A stretch of 54,595 bases of DNA, counting the filler, from Heptranchias perlo (taxonomy: Eukaryota): NCBI RefSeq assembly GCF_035084215.1. It is 3 parts of 3 records of this genome, joined end to end, with 100 filler letters (N's around TTAATTAATTAA, not from the genome) between each part and the next. Parts side by side here need not be neighbours in the genome. Positions count along the whole stretch, not along the records: positions 1 to 24,971 come from NW_027139052.1; 2 more parts are not named here. One strand, written 5' to 3'. The translations under genes and the position numbers were made by a program. Each line of letters begins with the position of its first letter. Position 1 is the stretch's first letter. The notes below the pieces were generated by a model, which saw nothing but the letters and a program-made list of their open reading frames with translations, had not been told where the DNA came from and did no database searches. Shown in pieces: positions 1-11,269 of this stretch.

Positions 1-220
1 TCGGCCGGCGCGAACACGATGGGCCGAAAGGCCTCGCTCCGTGCCATAAATTTTCTTTGCTTCTATGATTCCATGCCCGCCGTGGTCAAACAGCCAGTCG
101 GGTGTCAATGTTGATAAATCCGCACGAATGATTTGGACTGGAGGTTGTCGGGCGACCAGTGTCTGAGAAAGGCTCTTGAGCAAACGGGCAAGAGTGCCAG
201 AAAATGAGGACAATGTTGAT

Positions 221-351
221 CTATAAACAGAGGCTGTGCTCCTTAACCTTGAGTACCACGATGGCGACCGTAGCCATGTAAAGCAAGCTCTTGGAAATGA
301 GCAATGCATCGGTTGTTTTCGCCACAACTTGTTGCTTCTGCATCCGCTCCC
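221..351 (-). CDS. TCR-beta-like constant region exon 3: connecting peptide/transmembrane/short cytoplasmic tail (GERMQKQQVVAKTTDALLISKSLLYMATVAIVVLKVKEHSLCL*)
   Basis: Polypyrimidine acceptor tttctttcag| at 352-353, phase 1 matching the hinge exon; TM with the TCR-beta-type K-x-x-L-Y motif (ISKSLLY); TAG stop at 221-223. Confidence 0.85.
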
Positions 352-399
352 CTGAAAGAAATAAAAAATTGCAATAATACTTCCTCAAAATTTTACTTT

Positions 400-1325
400 G
401 TAATGCTAGTCTGAACAACATCAACAACTTGCATTTATGCAGTGCCTTTAACCGAATAAAACAACCCAAGGCGCTTCACAGGAGCGTAAATCAGACACCA
501 ATTGACACTGAGCCAAAGAAAGAGATATTTGGACACGTGACCAAAAGCTTGATCAAAGAGGTAGGTTTTAAGGAGCGTCTTAAAGGAGGAGAGAAAGGTG
601 GAGAGGTAGAGAGGGAATTTCAGAGCTTAGGGAGAGGTGGAGAGGTTTGGGAAGGAATTCCAGGTCTTAGGGAGAGGTGGAGAGGTTTAGGGAGGGAATT
701 CCAGGTCTGAGGGAGAGGTGGAGAGGTTTAGGGAGGAAATTCCGGAGCTTAGGGAGAGGTGCAGAGGTTTAGAGAGTGGATTCAAGATCTTAGGGAGAGG
801 TGGAGAGGTTTAGGGAGTGAATTTCAGGAGTTTAGGCAGAGGCGAAGGGGTTTAGGGAGGGAATTCCAGATCTTAGGGCGAGGTGGAGAGATTCAGTAAG
901 AGAATTTCAGGAGCTTAGGGAGAGGTGGAGAGGTTTAGGGAGGGAATTCCAGAGCTTAAGGAGAGGTGGAGAGGGTTAGGCGGTGGGGGGGGGGGGGGGG
1001 GGGGGTGAGTTATTGCAGAACTTAGGGAGAGGTGGAGAGGTTTCCGGAGGGAATTCCAGATCTTAGGGCCCAGACGACTGAGGGCACGACCGCCAATGGT
1101 GGGGCGAAGTGCTTAAGGGTATTGTGAAGTGGTCAGAATTGGCGGAACGCAGGGATCTCGAGGATTGTAGGGCTGGAGGAGGTTACAGAGATACGGAGGG
1201 ATTTGAACACCAGGATGAACATTTTTAAATGGACGCGTTGAGGGACCAGTAGTCAATGTAGGTCAGCTATGAAAAGGGGCAATGAGTGAACGGGACTTGC
1301 TGCGAGTTACGATACAGGCAGAGAC
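400..1325 (-). mobile_element. L2-clade LINE 3' fragment with internal ~41-42-bp tandem expansion (about 590-1070)
   Basis: Antisense to the L2 3' end seen at 29800-30190; repeated ttagggagaggtggagaggtttagggagggaattccag units. Confidence 0.65.
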
Positions 1326-1519
1326 AAATACTATTAAGTTAGGATTTGCTCCTATCTCGGCCTAAACTAAACAATAAACTATTACAGAAGCCCCACAAAA
1401 AATTAGGTTCAGAACCACCTCCCTCTCATCCTGAAACTCTAAAGAGCTGTTCTTCTGCCATGATTTCAATGTAAAGAACAATCAGGAGAGATGGAAGACG
1501 CCAATTTTCCTTCTACTAG

Positions 1520-2390
1520 GAACAAATGAACATGCGCAGGCCATTCAGCCCGTCGAGCCTGTTACACAGGAATAGGAGGAGGCCATTCAGCCCATCGAGC
1601 CTGTTACACCGGAACAGGAGGAGGCCATTCAGCCGCTTGGGCCTGTTACACCGGAATATGAGGAGGTCATTCAGCCTCTCGGGCCTGTTTACACAGGAAC
1701 AAGAGGAGGCTATTCAGCCCCTCTGTTACACAGGAACAGGGGGAGGCTATTCAGTCCCTCTGGCCTGTTACACAGGAACAAGAGGTGATCCTTCAGCCTC
1801 TCGAGCTTGTACCACCATTCAATTAGATCATGGCTGATCTGTATCTCAACTCCGATTTACCCACCTTGGTTCCATGACCCATAATACCCTTACCAAACAA
1901 AAATCTAACAATCTCAGTTTTGAAAGCTCCAACTGATCCCCAGCCTCAACAGCTTTTTGGGGGAGGGATTTCCAGATTCCCACTCCCCTTTGTGTGAAGA
2001 AATGCTTCCTGACATCACCCCTGATTGGCATTGCTCTAATTTTAAGATCATGCTCCCTTGTTCTGGACTCTCCCACCAGAGGAAATAGTTTGTCTCTATC
2101 TACTCCATAAAATTATTTAGTCATCTTAAACACCTCAATTAGATCAACCCTTAATCTACTATATTCAAGGGAATACAAGCCAACCATGTGTAACCTGTCC
2201 TCATAATTTTCCCCTTTTAGCCCCGGCATTATTCTGGTGAATCTGCGCTGCACTTCCTCCAAGGCCAATATATCCTTCCTGTGGTGCGGTGCCCAGAACC
2301 GAACAGAGTATCTCTAGGTGGGGTCTAACCAGGGCTTTATATAACTCTGACATAATTTCCATCCCTTTGCATTCTAGTGTTCTATTGAGT
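1520..2390 (-). mobile_element. CR1 LINE 3' fragment with 39-bp tandemly expanded tail
   Basis: ORFs with LYKALVRPHLE and RKHFFTQR (CR1 ORF2 C-terminus); repeated ggaggccattcagccc...ctgttacacaggaac. Confidence 0.85.
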
Positions 2391-2538
2391 TCAACATAAA
2401 GAAAGATCGAACCAGGTATATAACGAGTGGCGAACTCACTCAATTTACACTATATCCCAAAATTCAAATTACCTTCTGTCCGTGTCAGAGAGACAAAGAC
2501 AGACAAATGGAAACATATAAAATGTTCGATGCTCTTAC

Positions 2539-2556
2539 CATTGTTTTCACAGACTC
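2539..2556 (-). CDS. TCR-beta-like constant region exon 2: 18-nt hinge mini-exon (G)VCENN with interchain Cys
   Basis: ttattacag|GAGTCTGTGAAAACAATG|gtaaga; phase 1-1, same size and Cys content as TCR-beta C exon 2. Confidence 0.8.
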
Positions 2557-3059
2557 CTGTAATAACTTTTTTTTAAAAGAAGAGAGAAAACTTTAATTAT
2601 TTGCGCATTAAAGGCGGCCCTTCACACCACTCCAAGAAGAGAGGGCAGGAGGAACTTTTACACACAGAGAGTTGTTTGGCTGTGGAAATTCACTTGAAGA
2701 GTTTATGGTTGAAGCAGTAACTGTGTCAGTATTTACAACGTCTTTACCCGGAGAGTGGTGAGGTTGTAGAATTTACAGCACAGGGACAGGCCGAACTGGT
2801 CAATGCCGGTGTTTATGCTCCACACGAGCCTCCCACCACCAGTCTTCATCTCACCCCTATCAGCATATCCTTATATTGCTTCCTCCATCATTTACTTATG
2901 TAGCTTCCCCTTAATTGCATCTACACTATTCACCTCAGCTGTCCGTTTATTAATCTCTCTTGAATTTTTAAACGAGACAGATCTATTCCCCAAACGGTTG
3001 GCAGCAGTCTGTCAGCCAATGGGTTGAAGGCGGGAGTGAGCTTGTTGCTTTAACAAACT

Positions 3060-3500
3060 CATAAACTATAGCAAACAATCTCTATTAGTACAGCAAACAG
3101 AGTCTATTAGCATAGCAAGCAATGTCTATCAATACAGCAAACAGAGTCGATGATAAGGCAAGCAATGTCTATTAGTACAGCAAGCAATGTCTATTACATG
3201 CAGAAAACAGAGTCTATTAATACAGCAAAGAGAGTCTATACATACAGCAAGCAAAGTCTATTACATACAGAAAAGAAAGTATATTAGTACAGCAAACAGA
3301 GTCTATTAATACAGCAAGTAGAATCTATTAATAGAGCAAACAGTGCCTATTACATACTGCAAACAGACACTATTAATAGAGCAAATAGAGTCGATTACTA
3401 TAGCAAACAGAGTCGATTACGACAGCAAACGGAGTCTATTACATGCAGCAGACAGAGTCTATTTCTGCAGCGGAGTCGACCAGTACAACAAAGAGAGTCT
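3060..3500. repeat. Degenerate ~22-bp minisatellite (cagcaaacagagtctattaata-like)
   Basis: Visible tandem periodicity. Confidence 0.85.
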
Positions 3501-3764
3501 GTTGATAAAAGCAGGAATATTTCTCTAGCCAAATGCAGTGAGTGGGGGATAGTTACATAAAACAAATTTTGTGAGTAACATCAATCACAGTCACATCCAC
3601 AGCAGCAAGCTCCAGGAGTGAAACAGAACTGAAATCCCTCATCCCAAGCACCATAACCTTCTCTGCTCTAAGGAGAACAACCTCAGCTACTCTAATCTCT
3701 CTATAGTGTATTTTGTTTTGGTTTTTAGAGAGCATATTTTTTGGATTGGAATTTTTTCTTTTTT

Positions 3765-3915
3765 TCCTCCCAGTTTTCCTTCCAGGAGAACTTCACATAG
3801 TCTGGGAAGAAGTCTCTGGCCAGGCACAAGATGGCGGCTTTCTCCCGGGTTACAATTTCTTCATCCGACGGGTCCATAATGGTAACTATGGGGTGTATCA
3901 CCCCTTGCCCTTCCT
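3765..3915 (-). pseudogene. Truncated duplicate of the C-beta-like Ig exon (EEGQGVIHPIVTIMDPSDEEIVTREKAAILCLARDFFPDYVKFSWKENW)
   Basis: 3765-4262 is a diverged direct copy of 5378-5875, including the acceptor; breaks off after the C-strand Trp. Confidence 0.9.
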
Positions 3916-4349
3916 CTGTGGGAGGACAAAACACGACCCGCTTCTTAACAGGCGTGAATTTCCGATCGGCTCCTTTTCAGTTTCTGCAACTTTGGCTGAG
4001 TAAGAACATTTGTGTTTTCAACTGTTCTACCTTGGGTTGCTTCACAGCAAACTTTCATTCTGTTGTCGCTCGCTTTCCACATGGGCCTGTTGCCATGCAC
4101 AGGTCACTGGGCAGTGATCAAATTAATATGAGTGCTGCTTTTTTAAGGATTCTAAAGGAACTAGAGAATGGATTTGAGAGTAAGAACATTTATTTATTCA
4201 ACTGTTAATCCCTGGGTTGGATCATAAAAGAAATCACCTCCCAGGAGTCTAAATAAACGTTTCTGGCCGGGGCCTGTGGTGTTACCATATGCAGCCTTGT
4301 CCAAAACCTCAAAGGGTATGGCACTGAATCTAAAATTAAATTCCAAAAA

Positions 4350-4670
4350 GCAGCGGTGAAAGCAGTGAGCAGTAAGTGTCAGTAAATGCCCCTTGTATTA
4401 CAGATGCCACCAGTCCTTTAATGGTAGGTCCGTGTGATAGCAGTGGGCAGTGAGTGTCAGTAAATGCCCCTTGTATTACTGACACCACCAGCCCTTTAAT
4501 GGTAGGTCCGTGTGATAGCAGTGGGCAATGAGTGCCAGTAAATGCCCCTTGTATTACAGATACCACCAGTCCTTTAATGGTAGGTCCGTGTGATAGCAGT
4601 GGGCAGTGAGTGTCAGTAAATGCCCCTTGTATTACTGACACCACCAGCCCTTTAATGGTAGGTCCGTGTG
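4350..4670. repeat. 78-bp minisatellite, ~4 copies
   Basis: 26-aa periodic ORF; tgatagcagtgggcagtgagtgtcagtaaatgcccc repeated. Confidence 0.9.
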
Positions 4671-5192
4671 CTTATGAAAGTAACTTTAACTTTGGGCTTA
4701 AACGGTTGATATCAGATCAGCTGGTTCAATTATTCTTTCCTTTCACTTCAATAAAACCGTATGGGGTGTAGATCCAAGGGACAATCTGATATCGTCAGCA
4801 TGAATCCGTATGGGGAGTAAAGCCAAGGGATAATCTGATATCATCAGCATAAAACCGTCTGGGGTGTAAAGCCAGGGGACAATCTGATATCGTCAGTTTT
4901 ACACCCACAGTTGGAATGACACAAATAATCGGCTGTGACATTGGATCAACAGCTCCACAGAGGAGATGAGTGGACAAGTGCAGAAATGCGTGTGAGTTTA
5001 AGGGGCAATTTGTACCTAGCCCGCCCATCAGAAAACTGACCATCTTAACTCTCCACTGGAGACAATATTGGGCGGAGTCTAAAACAGGCGTTCAACCCGA
5101 TTCCATGGCTTTCCCGCCCCGGGTGAGTTAGGTTAATATGATCCTCAGAGTGGGCCGTGACGGAGGAGGTTTCAGGGACTGAACACGCTCAC

Positions 5193-5528
5193 CCCTCTTA
5201 TTTCTGGTCTTGGCCTCTCCCGATCTCTCTTCCCCATCTTTTGTGTAATGGGTCACCGTGCATGAATACTCCTTTCGGCCCCATTCAGCCGCTGTCACAG
5301 TTACCCTTCTGACTGCACTGTAGCGGTTTCCCTTGTTCTTCACCGGCCGCCCGGTCAGTACATCCATCTCCTTCATCTCCTCCCCGTTCTCCTTCCAGGA
5401 GAACTTCACATCGCCTGGGAAGATATCCCTGGCCAGGCACACGATGGTGGCTTTCTCCCGGGTTACAATTTCTTCATCCGACGGGTCCATAATGGTCACT
5501 TTGGGGTGCATCACCCCTTGCCCTTCCT
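5193..5528 (-). CDS. TCR-beta-like constant Ig (C1-set) exon 1
   Basis: Acceptor cctccctcag|, donor G|gtgagc; 336 nt, phase 1-1, open. Encodes PKVTIMDPSDEEIVTREKATIVCLARDIFPGDVKFSW...YSAVRRVTVTAAEW...YSCTVTHY, matching the C-beta pattern P.V..F.PS..EI....KAT.VCL...F.P..V...W. Confidence 0.9.
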
Positions 5529-6029
5529 CTGAGGGAGGACAAAACACGACCCGCTTGTTAACAAGGGTGAATATCCGAGCGGCTCCTTTTCCGTTTCTGC
5601 AACTTTGGCTGAGTAAGAACGTTTGTGTTTTCAACTGTTCTACCTTGGTTTGCTTCACAGCAAGCTTTCATTCTCCTGTCTTTCGCTTTCCACATGGGCC
5701 TATTGCCGAACACAGGTCACTGGGCATTGATCAGATTGATATGAGTGCTGCTTTTTTAAGGATTCTAAAGGAAGTAGATAATGGATTTGCTACTAAGAAC
5801 ATTTGTTTATTCAACTGTTAATCCCTGGGTTGGATCATAAAACATTCACCTCCCCAGGAGTTTAAATAAACGTTTGTTAGGAAGGACGGGCGTTGTAAAG
5901 GCCATGAAACTGCAGCCACTAATTTTAAGCTTTAAATTAATTAACATTGCTAGAGTCGCCCATATCTCAAGAATGAATAAAGAAAAAAGTCCAATGCAAA
6001 AAATATGCTCTCTAAAAACCAAAATAAAA

Positions 6030-6845
6030 TATACTGTGGAGAGATTAGAGTAGCTGAGTTTGTTCTCCTTAGAGCAGAGAAGGTTATGGTACCTGGGATG
6101 AGGGACTTCAGTTTTGTGGAGAGATTGGAAAAGCTGAAATTGTTCCCCTTAGAGCAGAGAAGGTCAAGGGTAGATTTATCAGAATGGCACCAGGGATGAG
6201 GGACTTCAGTTATTTGGAGAGATTGTAGAAGCTGGGTGGTTCGCATTAGAGCAGAGAAGGTTAAGGGGAGATTTAGTTGAGGGGTTTCAAATTATGAAGG
6301 GTTTTGATAGAGTGGATAGGGAGATTTTTGTCCACTTGCAGAAGGGTCGTTAACCAAAGGCCACAGATTTACGGTAACTTTGAAAAGAACCAGGGGGAAG
6401 ATGAGGCGAATTTATTTTTATGCAGCGAGTGGTTATAGAAACATAGAAACATAGAAAAAATGAGCAATAGTCGGCTATTCGGACCTTCGGGTCTGCTCCG
6501 CCATTCACAATGATCATGGATGATCGTCTAACTCAGTACCCTGTTCCTGCTTTTTCCCCATATCCATTGATCCCTTTAGCATTAAGAAATATATCTATCT
6601 CCTTCTTGAATACATCAAATGACTTGGCCTCCACTGCTTTCTGTGGTAGAGAATTCTGCAGGTTCACCACCCTCTGAGCGAAGAAGTTTATCCTCATCTC
6701 GGTTCTAAATGGCATACCCCGTATCCTGAGACTGTGACCCCTAGTTCTGGACTCCCCAGCCATCAGGAACATCCTCCCTGCATCCTGTCTTGTCCTGTTA
6801 GAATTTTATATGTTTCAATGTCATCATCTCTCATTCTTCTGAACT
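6030..6845. mobile_element. Two CR1 3' fragments (+ about 6030-6435; - about 6436-6845)
   Basis: GMRDFS..ERLEKL and RINFFAQRVVNL motifs; catagaaa tail repeat. Confidence 0.8.
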
Positions 6846-7439
6846 CTTTGGATTAAGTTTAATTAAAATCTGGAACTAAAAAGCTGGTATCTGTAAAAGT
6901 GACCATGAAGCTGTAGGATTGTTGTAAAAAAACAACTGGTTCACTGATTTATGGAATGAAAGCTGCCGTCCTTACCCGGTCTGGGCCTATATGTGACTCC
7001 AGTCCTCACACCAACGTGATTGATTATAAACTGCCCTCTTAAAGTGGCCTCTTAGTTGTATCAACCTATTCGAAGGCCCATCACCATCTCCTCAGGGCAA
7101 TTAGGGATGGGCAATAAATGCCAGCTTTTCCAGCGACGCCCACATCCCGAAAAGAACTACCAGAAAAAATAAGGCAATACTACTGTGGTCGAACCATCTT
7201 ACATAATTCCATTAATATTTTTGTCAGACTGGGCTCAGTGGCGAGCACTCTCACCGCTGAGTCAGAGGTCGTGGATTCGATTCCCCATCCAGAGAGTTGA
7301 TCCCATAATCAAGGCCGACACTCCCAGTGCAATGCTGAGGGTGATATATCAGGGCACTAGAACACAACCGCACATGGAGGGAATCTGTGCAATCACCAAT
7401 CTCGCAGCTCCTGATATCACTGCATGTAATTCCCGGTCT

Positions 7440-8255
7440 CACCATCTCACTATCTCTCTCCATCTGTCTCTGTCTCTTTATCTCTCTCTCTCTCTCTCCC
7501 CGCCTCTCCCTCTCTTTGTGTCCTCCTCTATCTCCCTCCACCTTTCTGTTTCTCTCTGCTTCTATCCCTGTCTGTCTCTCTCTGTCTCTCTGTGTGCCCT
7601 TCTATATCTCGCTGTTTCTCCACATCTCTCTTTCTCTATCTCTGTATCTCTCCGCCCTCATATACTTCTCGCTCTCTCTCCCTATCTATATTTCTCTCTC
7701 TTTCTGCATCTCTCTCTGTCTCCCTAAATTACTCTTTTTTTTCTCTCCCTCTCTGTATCTCACTCTCTATCCCATATATATCTCTATATCTCTTTTTCTG
7801 TATCTCTCTCTATGTATCTTTATCGCTCTCTGCATCCCTATCTCAGGCATTCATTATCTCCCTATCTCACTCTCGGAATCCCTATCTATCTCGCTCTTTT
7901 TCTCTCTCACTGTATCTCTCTATCTCTCTCTTTGTCTCCCGATCTCACTCTCCCTCTGTGTAATTCCACATCTCCCTCTCTGTCTCCCTATCTCACTATC
8001 TCTCTCTCTCTCTCTGTATCTCCCTCCCCCACTTTGTCTCTCTATCTCACTATCTCTGTGTCTCTTTCTCTCTCTTTATCTCCCTCTCGCTCTCTCCCTT
8101 TCTTAATCACCCTATCTCCTCTTCTCTCTCTCTTTCTATATCTGTCTTCCTATCTCAATATCTCACTGCCTCACTACTTCTCTCTCTCTGTCACCCTTTC
8201 TCATTTTCTCTTTCTCTTTCTGTATCTTTCTGTCTCCCTATCTCTCTATCCCTCC
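7440..8255. repeat. CT-rich low-complexity polypyrimidine tract
   Basis: ~800 nt of degenerate (TC)n. Confidence 0.95.
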
Positions 8256-8622
8256 CGTTGGATCTTCCTACCTGACCTACTCTCCCTCCTTTATATTTTC
8301 CTTGCTGTATTCAATCTCACCGATAAACTCCTGCTGCCCCCTTGCATATGCAAAAATTACGAACCATAATATGAATGAATGAATCAGTGAGGAGGAGCCG
8401 GCAAAAAGACTGGTGCGGAGGCGGGAGTCCCGGGACCATTGGGCTACCATTTGTTGGACAATGTCGCCCTCTGCTGCCGCGGTGAAGTGATGGCAGTGCT
8501 GGAGAAAGACACACAACAAATTGTATTTACATGAAAAGCAAAACACTGCGGATGCTGGAAATCTGAAGAATGCTGCAAATACTCAGCAAGTCAGGCAGCA
8601 TCTGTGGAGAAAGAAACAGAGT

Positions 8623-8652
8623 TAACGTTTCAGATCGAAGACCTTTCGTCAG
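8623..8652 (-). ncRNA. Minimal hammerhead ribozyme motif in a Penelope-derived short repeat (about 8535-8660)
   Basis: Minus strand CTGACGA-A-AGGTC-TTC-GATCT-GAA-ACGT-T: catalytic boxes, stem II and palindromic ACGT. Confidence 0.65.
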
Positions 8653-9092
8653 AACTGGAAGAAGTGAATGATTGAACTTGCATTTATATAGCGTTTTTAA
8701 CCAAGTAAAAAAGATCCAAAGCATCACACGGAAGTGTAAATCAGATCGGGCACTGACAGACCTGCGCATTAGCAGGATTTTCTCACTCAATTTCTCTCTC
8801 TCCCCATCTGTCTGTGGGATTTAGGACCATTGTGCAGTTGGAAACGTAGATAGATAGATAGATGTGGCAGAAATATTGAAGAATGACTTTGCCTCAGTAT
8901 TTACCAGGGAGACTAACAAGCTGGTCCAGACATTAGAAGAAGAGATTTAACAAGATATAGAGACATTTAAGATAGAAAGAGGGGAGATAATTGATAACCT
9001 AATCAAAGCCTAGAGAGGATAAAACCCCAGATCCGGATGGATTGCATCCGTGAATATTAAAAGAAGTTAGGAAGTGATAGCAGAGGCACTAT

Positions 9093-9127
<35 letters not shown>

Positions 9128-10114
9128 CATTAGAAAAGAGATACCCATTATGCCAAGGATGAGAACTTGGCCCGTTTTGGGTGGTCTGGGACTTCCATTG
9201 CCGCCAGTGAGAGGAGAGAAAGTGAAAGATGGAAACCTCAATAATGGAGGATTTCAGGAGCAGAAAATGGGCTTTAATCTGTATCTAACCACGTGGAATG
9301 TACTGCACAGAAACAGACCATTTGGCCCAACAGATCCATGCTCCACTCGAGCCTCCTCCCTCCCCTCTTCATCGAACTCTATCAGCATTCCCTTCTATTC
9401 CTTTCTCCCTCTTCACTCAGAGGGTGGTGAACTTGTGGAATTCTCTACCACAGAAGGCTGCGGAGGCCAAGTCACTGAATATATTTATGAAAGAGCCCGA
9501 TAGATTTCTAGACACAGAGGGCATCAAGAGGTTTGGGGAGAGAGCGTGAATATGGAATTGAGGTGGAGGATCATATTGAATGGCGGAGCAGACTCGAAGG
9601 GCCGAATGAGCTACTCCTGCTCCTATTTTCTATGTTCCTATGTTTCTCGTGTGTTTATCCAGCTTCCCCTAAATGCATCTATACTATTCGCGTCAACTAC
9701 TCCTTGTGGTAGCGAATTCCACATTCTCACGACTCTCTGGGTAAAGAAGTTTCTCCTGAATTCCTAATTGGATTTATTAGTGACTATCTTATATTTAAGG
9801 CCCATAGTTGTGGTCTCCCCCAAAAAGTGGAAACATTTCTGTACACCTACCATATCAAACCCTTTCATAATTTTAAGGACCTCTATCAGGTCAACCCTCA
9901 GCCATCTCTTTTTTAGAGAAAAGAGCCGCAGCCTGTTCAGCCTTTCCTGATAGTTATAACCTCTCACCAGTGCCTCGATATCTAATCCCTCACTTTTATT
10001 CTAACCCGTTTTTTTTTTCTTTTTGTCAAATACACGTTCACTCTGCAAAAAGTACCCAACAGGACGAGGTGACGCGTGGTTTTATGTCAAACAGGTGTTT
10101 CCTGCCCCCTTTTG

Positions 10115-10181
10115 GGTTTTTGTTAAACTCCTCGATCTCTCTGAGTCACTGTGCACGATGATACAAACTCCTACAAAAAAG
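10115..10181. other. RSS signal joint: 23-RSS fused heptamer-to-heptamer with 12-RSS
   Basis: GGTTTTTGT(10115-10123) + 23 nt + CACTGTG(10147-10153) | CACGATG(10154-10160) + 12 nt + ACAAAAAAG(10173-10181). Confidence 0.92.
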
Positions 10182-10339
10182 AAATATCAGATCGAAAGCA
10201 GCACCGCTCCGCCTCTCAACAGGCACTGGAGGATTCAGCTGGTGACGTCGCTTGAGATTGAGGTATTGGAGATTAGTTAGCATTCAGGAGCATAGGAACA
10301 GGCCATTCAGCCCCTCGAGCCTGTGACATGTGAACTGGA

Positions 10340-10700
10340 GTCGGCAATTCCGCCCCTTCGACCCTGTTCCATAGGAAAAGGAAGAGGCCATTCAGAACAT
10401 CCAGTTTGTTACACGGGAAAAGGAGGAGGCCATTCAGAACCTCCAGTCTGTTGCACGGGAACGGGAGGAGGCCATTCAGAATCTCCAGTCTATTACACTG
10501 GAATCGGAGGAGGCCATTCAGAACCTCCAGTCTGTTACACGGGAGCAGGAGGAGGCCATTCAGAATCTCCAGTCTATTCCACGGGAATAGGAGGAGGCCA
10601 TTCGGAACCTCCAGTCTGTTACACAGGAATACGAGTAGGTCATTCAGCCCCCTCGAGCCTCTTAGAGAGGAACAGGAGGAGGTCTTTCAGCCCTTCAAGT
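10340..10700. repeat. 39-bp minisatellite derived from a CR1 tail
   Basis: 13-aa periodic ORF GGGHSEPPVCYTG; related to 1520-1800. Confidence 0.85.
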
Positions 10701-11269
10701 CTGCCAGGCTTTTTTCTTCTGTCACTTGAAAATGTCCCCACAATGTGCAGGACCTCGGGAAGTAACGGCACTGTCTCTCAAACAGACTACATTTTATACA
10801 TAAATACAATAACTCTTGCACACTGTAATCTCCGAACCGATCTCTCAGAGCACCCTGTGTACCAGGTGCACGCTCGTCGGCCAGGTGTCGTGTTTAGATT
10901 TGTAACGCTATTATCTTTTCAGTTTATCTTTGTTCAAACCGCCGCACTTCCCCATACGTCTGCCCCAAACTAAAACGCCGAGAGACCAAACGTTTAATTC
11001 TCTTCATATGGAACGTTATCTCCATCTGAATGAAGCTCCGGGTTATGGTCTAAACACGAAGTGTCTAACAACAAAAGCAGACGTTAAAAGAAGAAATGGG
11101 AAACCGGCGTTTGAATATTTTCAAAGAAAGGCGAATGTGCGTTCAGTTCAGTAAGTAGATTTATCTTTGTCCTTTTGCAAACATGGTACAATGTTTAAAT
11201 CAATTGTTGCTTTCAAATGTTCCCCGGACGCAACAGAGTTATGAGCAATTATGTCATTCTTGTTTGGAA

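Noticed and set aside
7387-8369. Leu/Ser-rich ORFs up to 239 aa
   Set aside because: Translation of the CT low-complexity tract.
8410-8520. Possible degenerate J (NGPGT; ggcagtg-12-acacaacaa)
   Set aside because: Lacks Phe, a CAC heptamer, a hydrophobic G strand and a suitable donor.
10733-10745. CATTGTG-GGGACA on the minus strand, resembling a D-beta start
   Set aside because: No nonamer at 12-nt spacing and no 3' RSS; probably chance.
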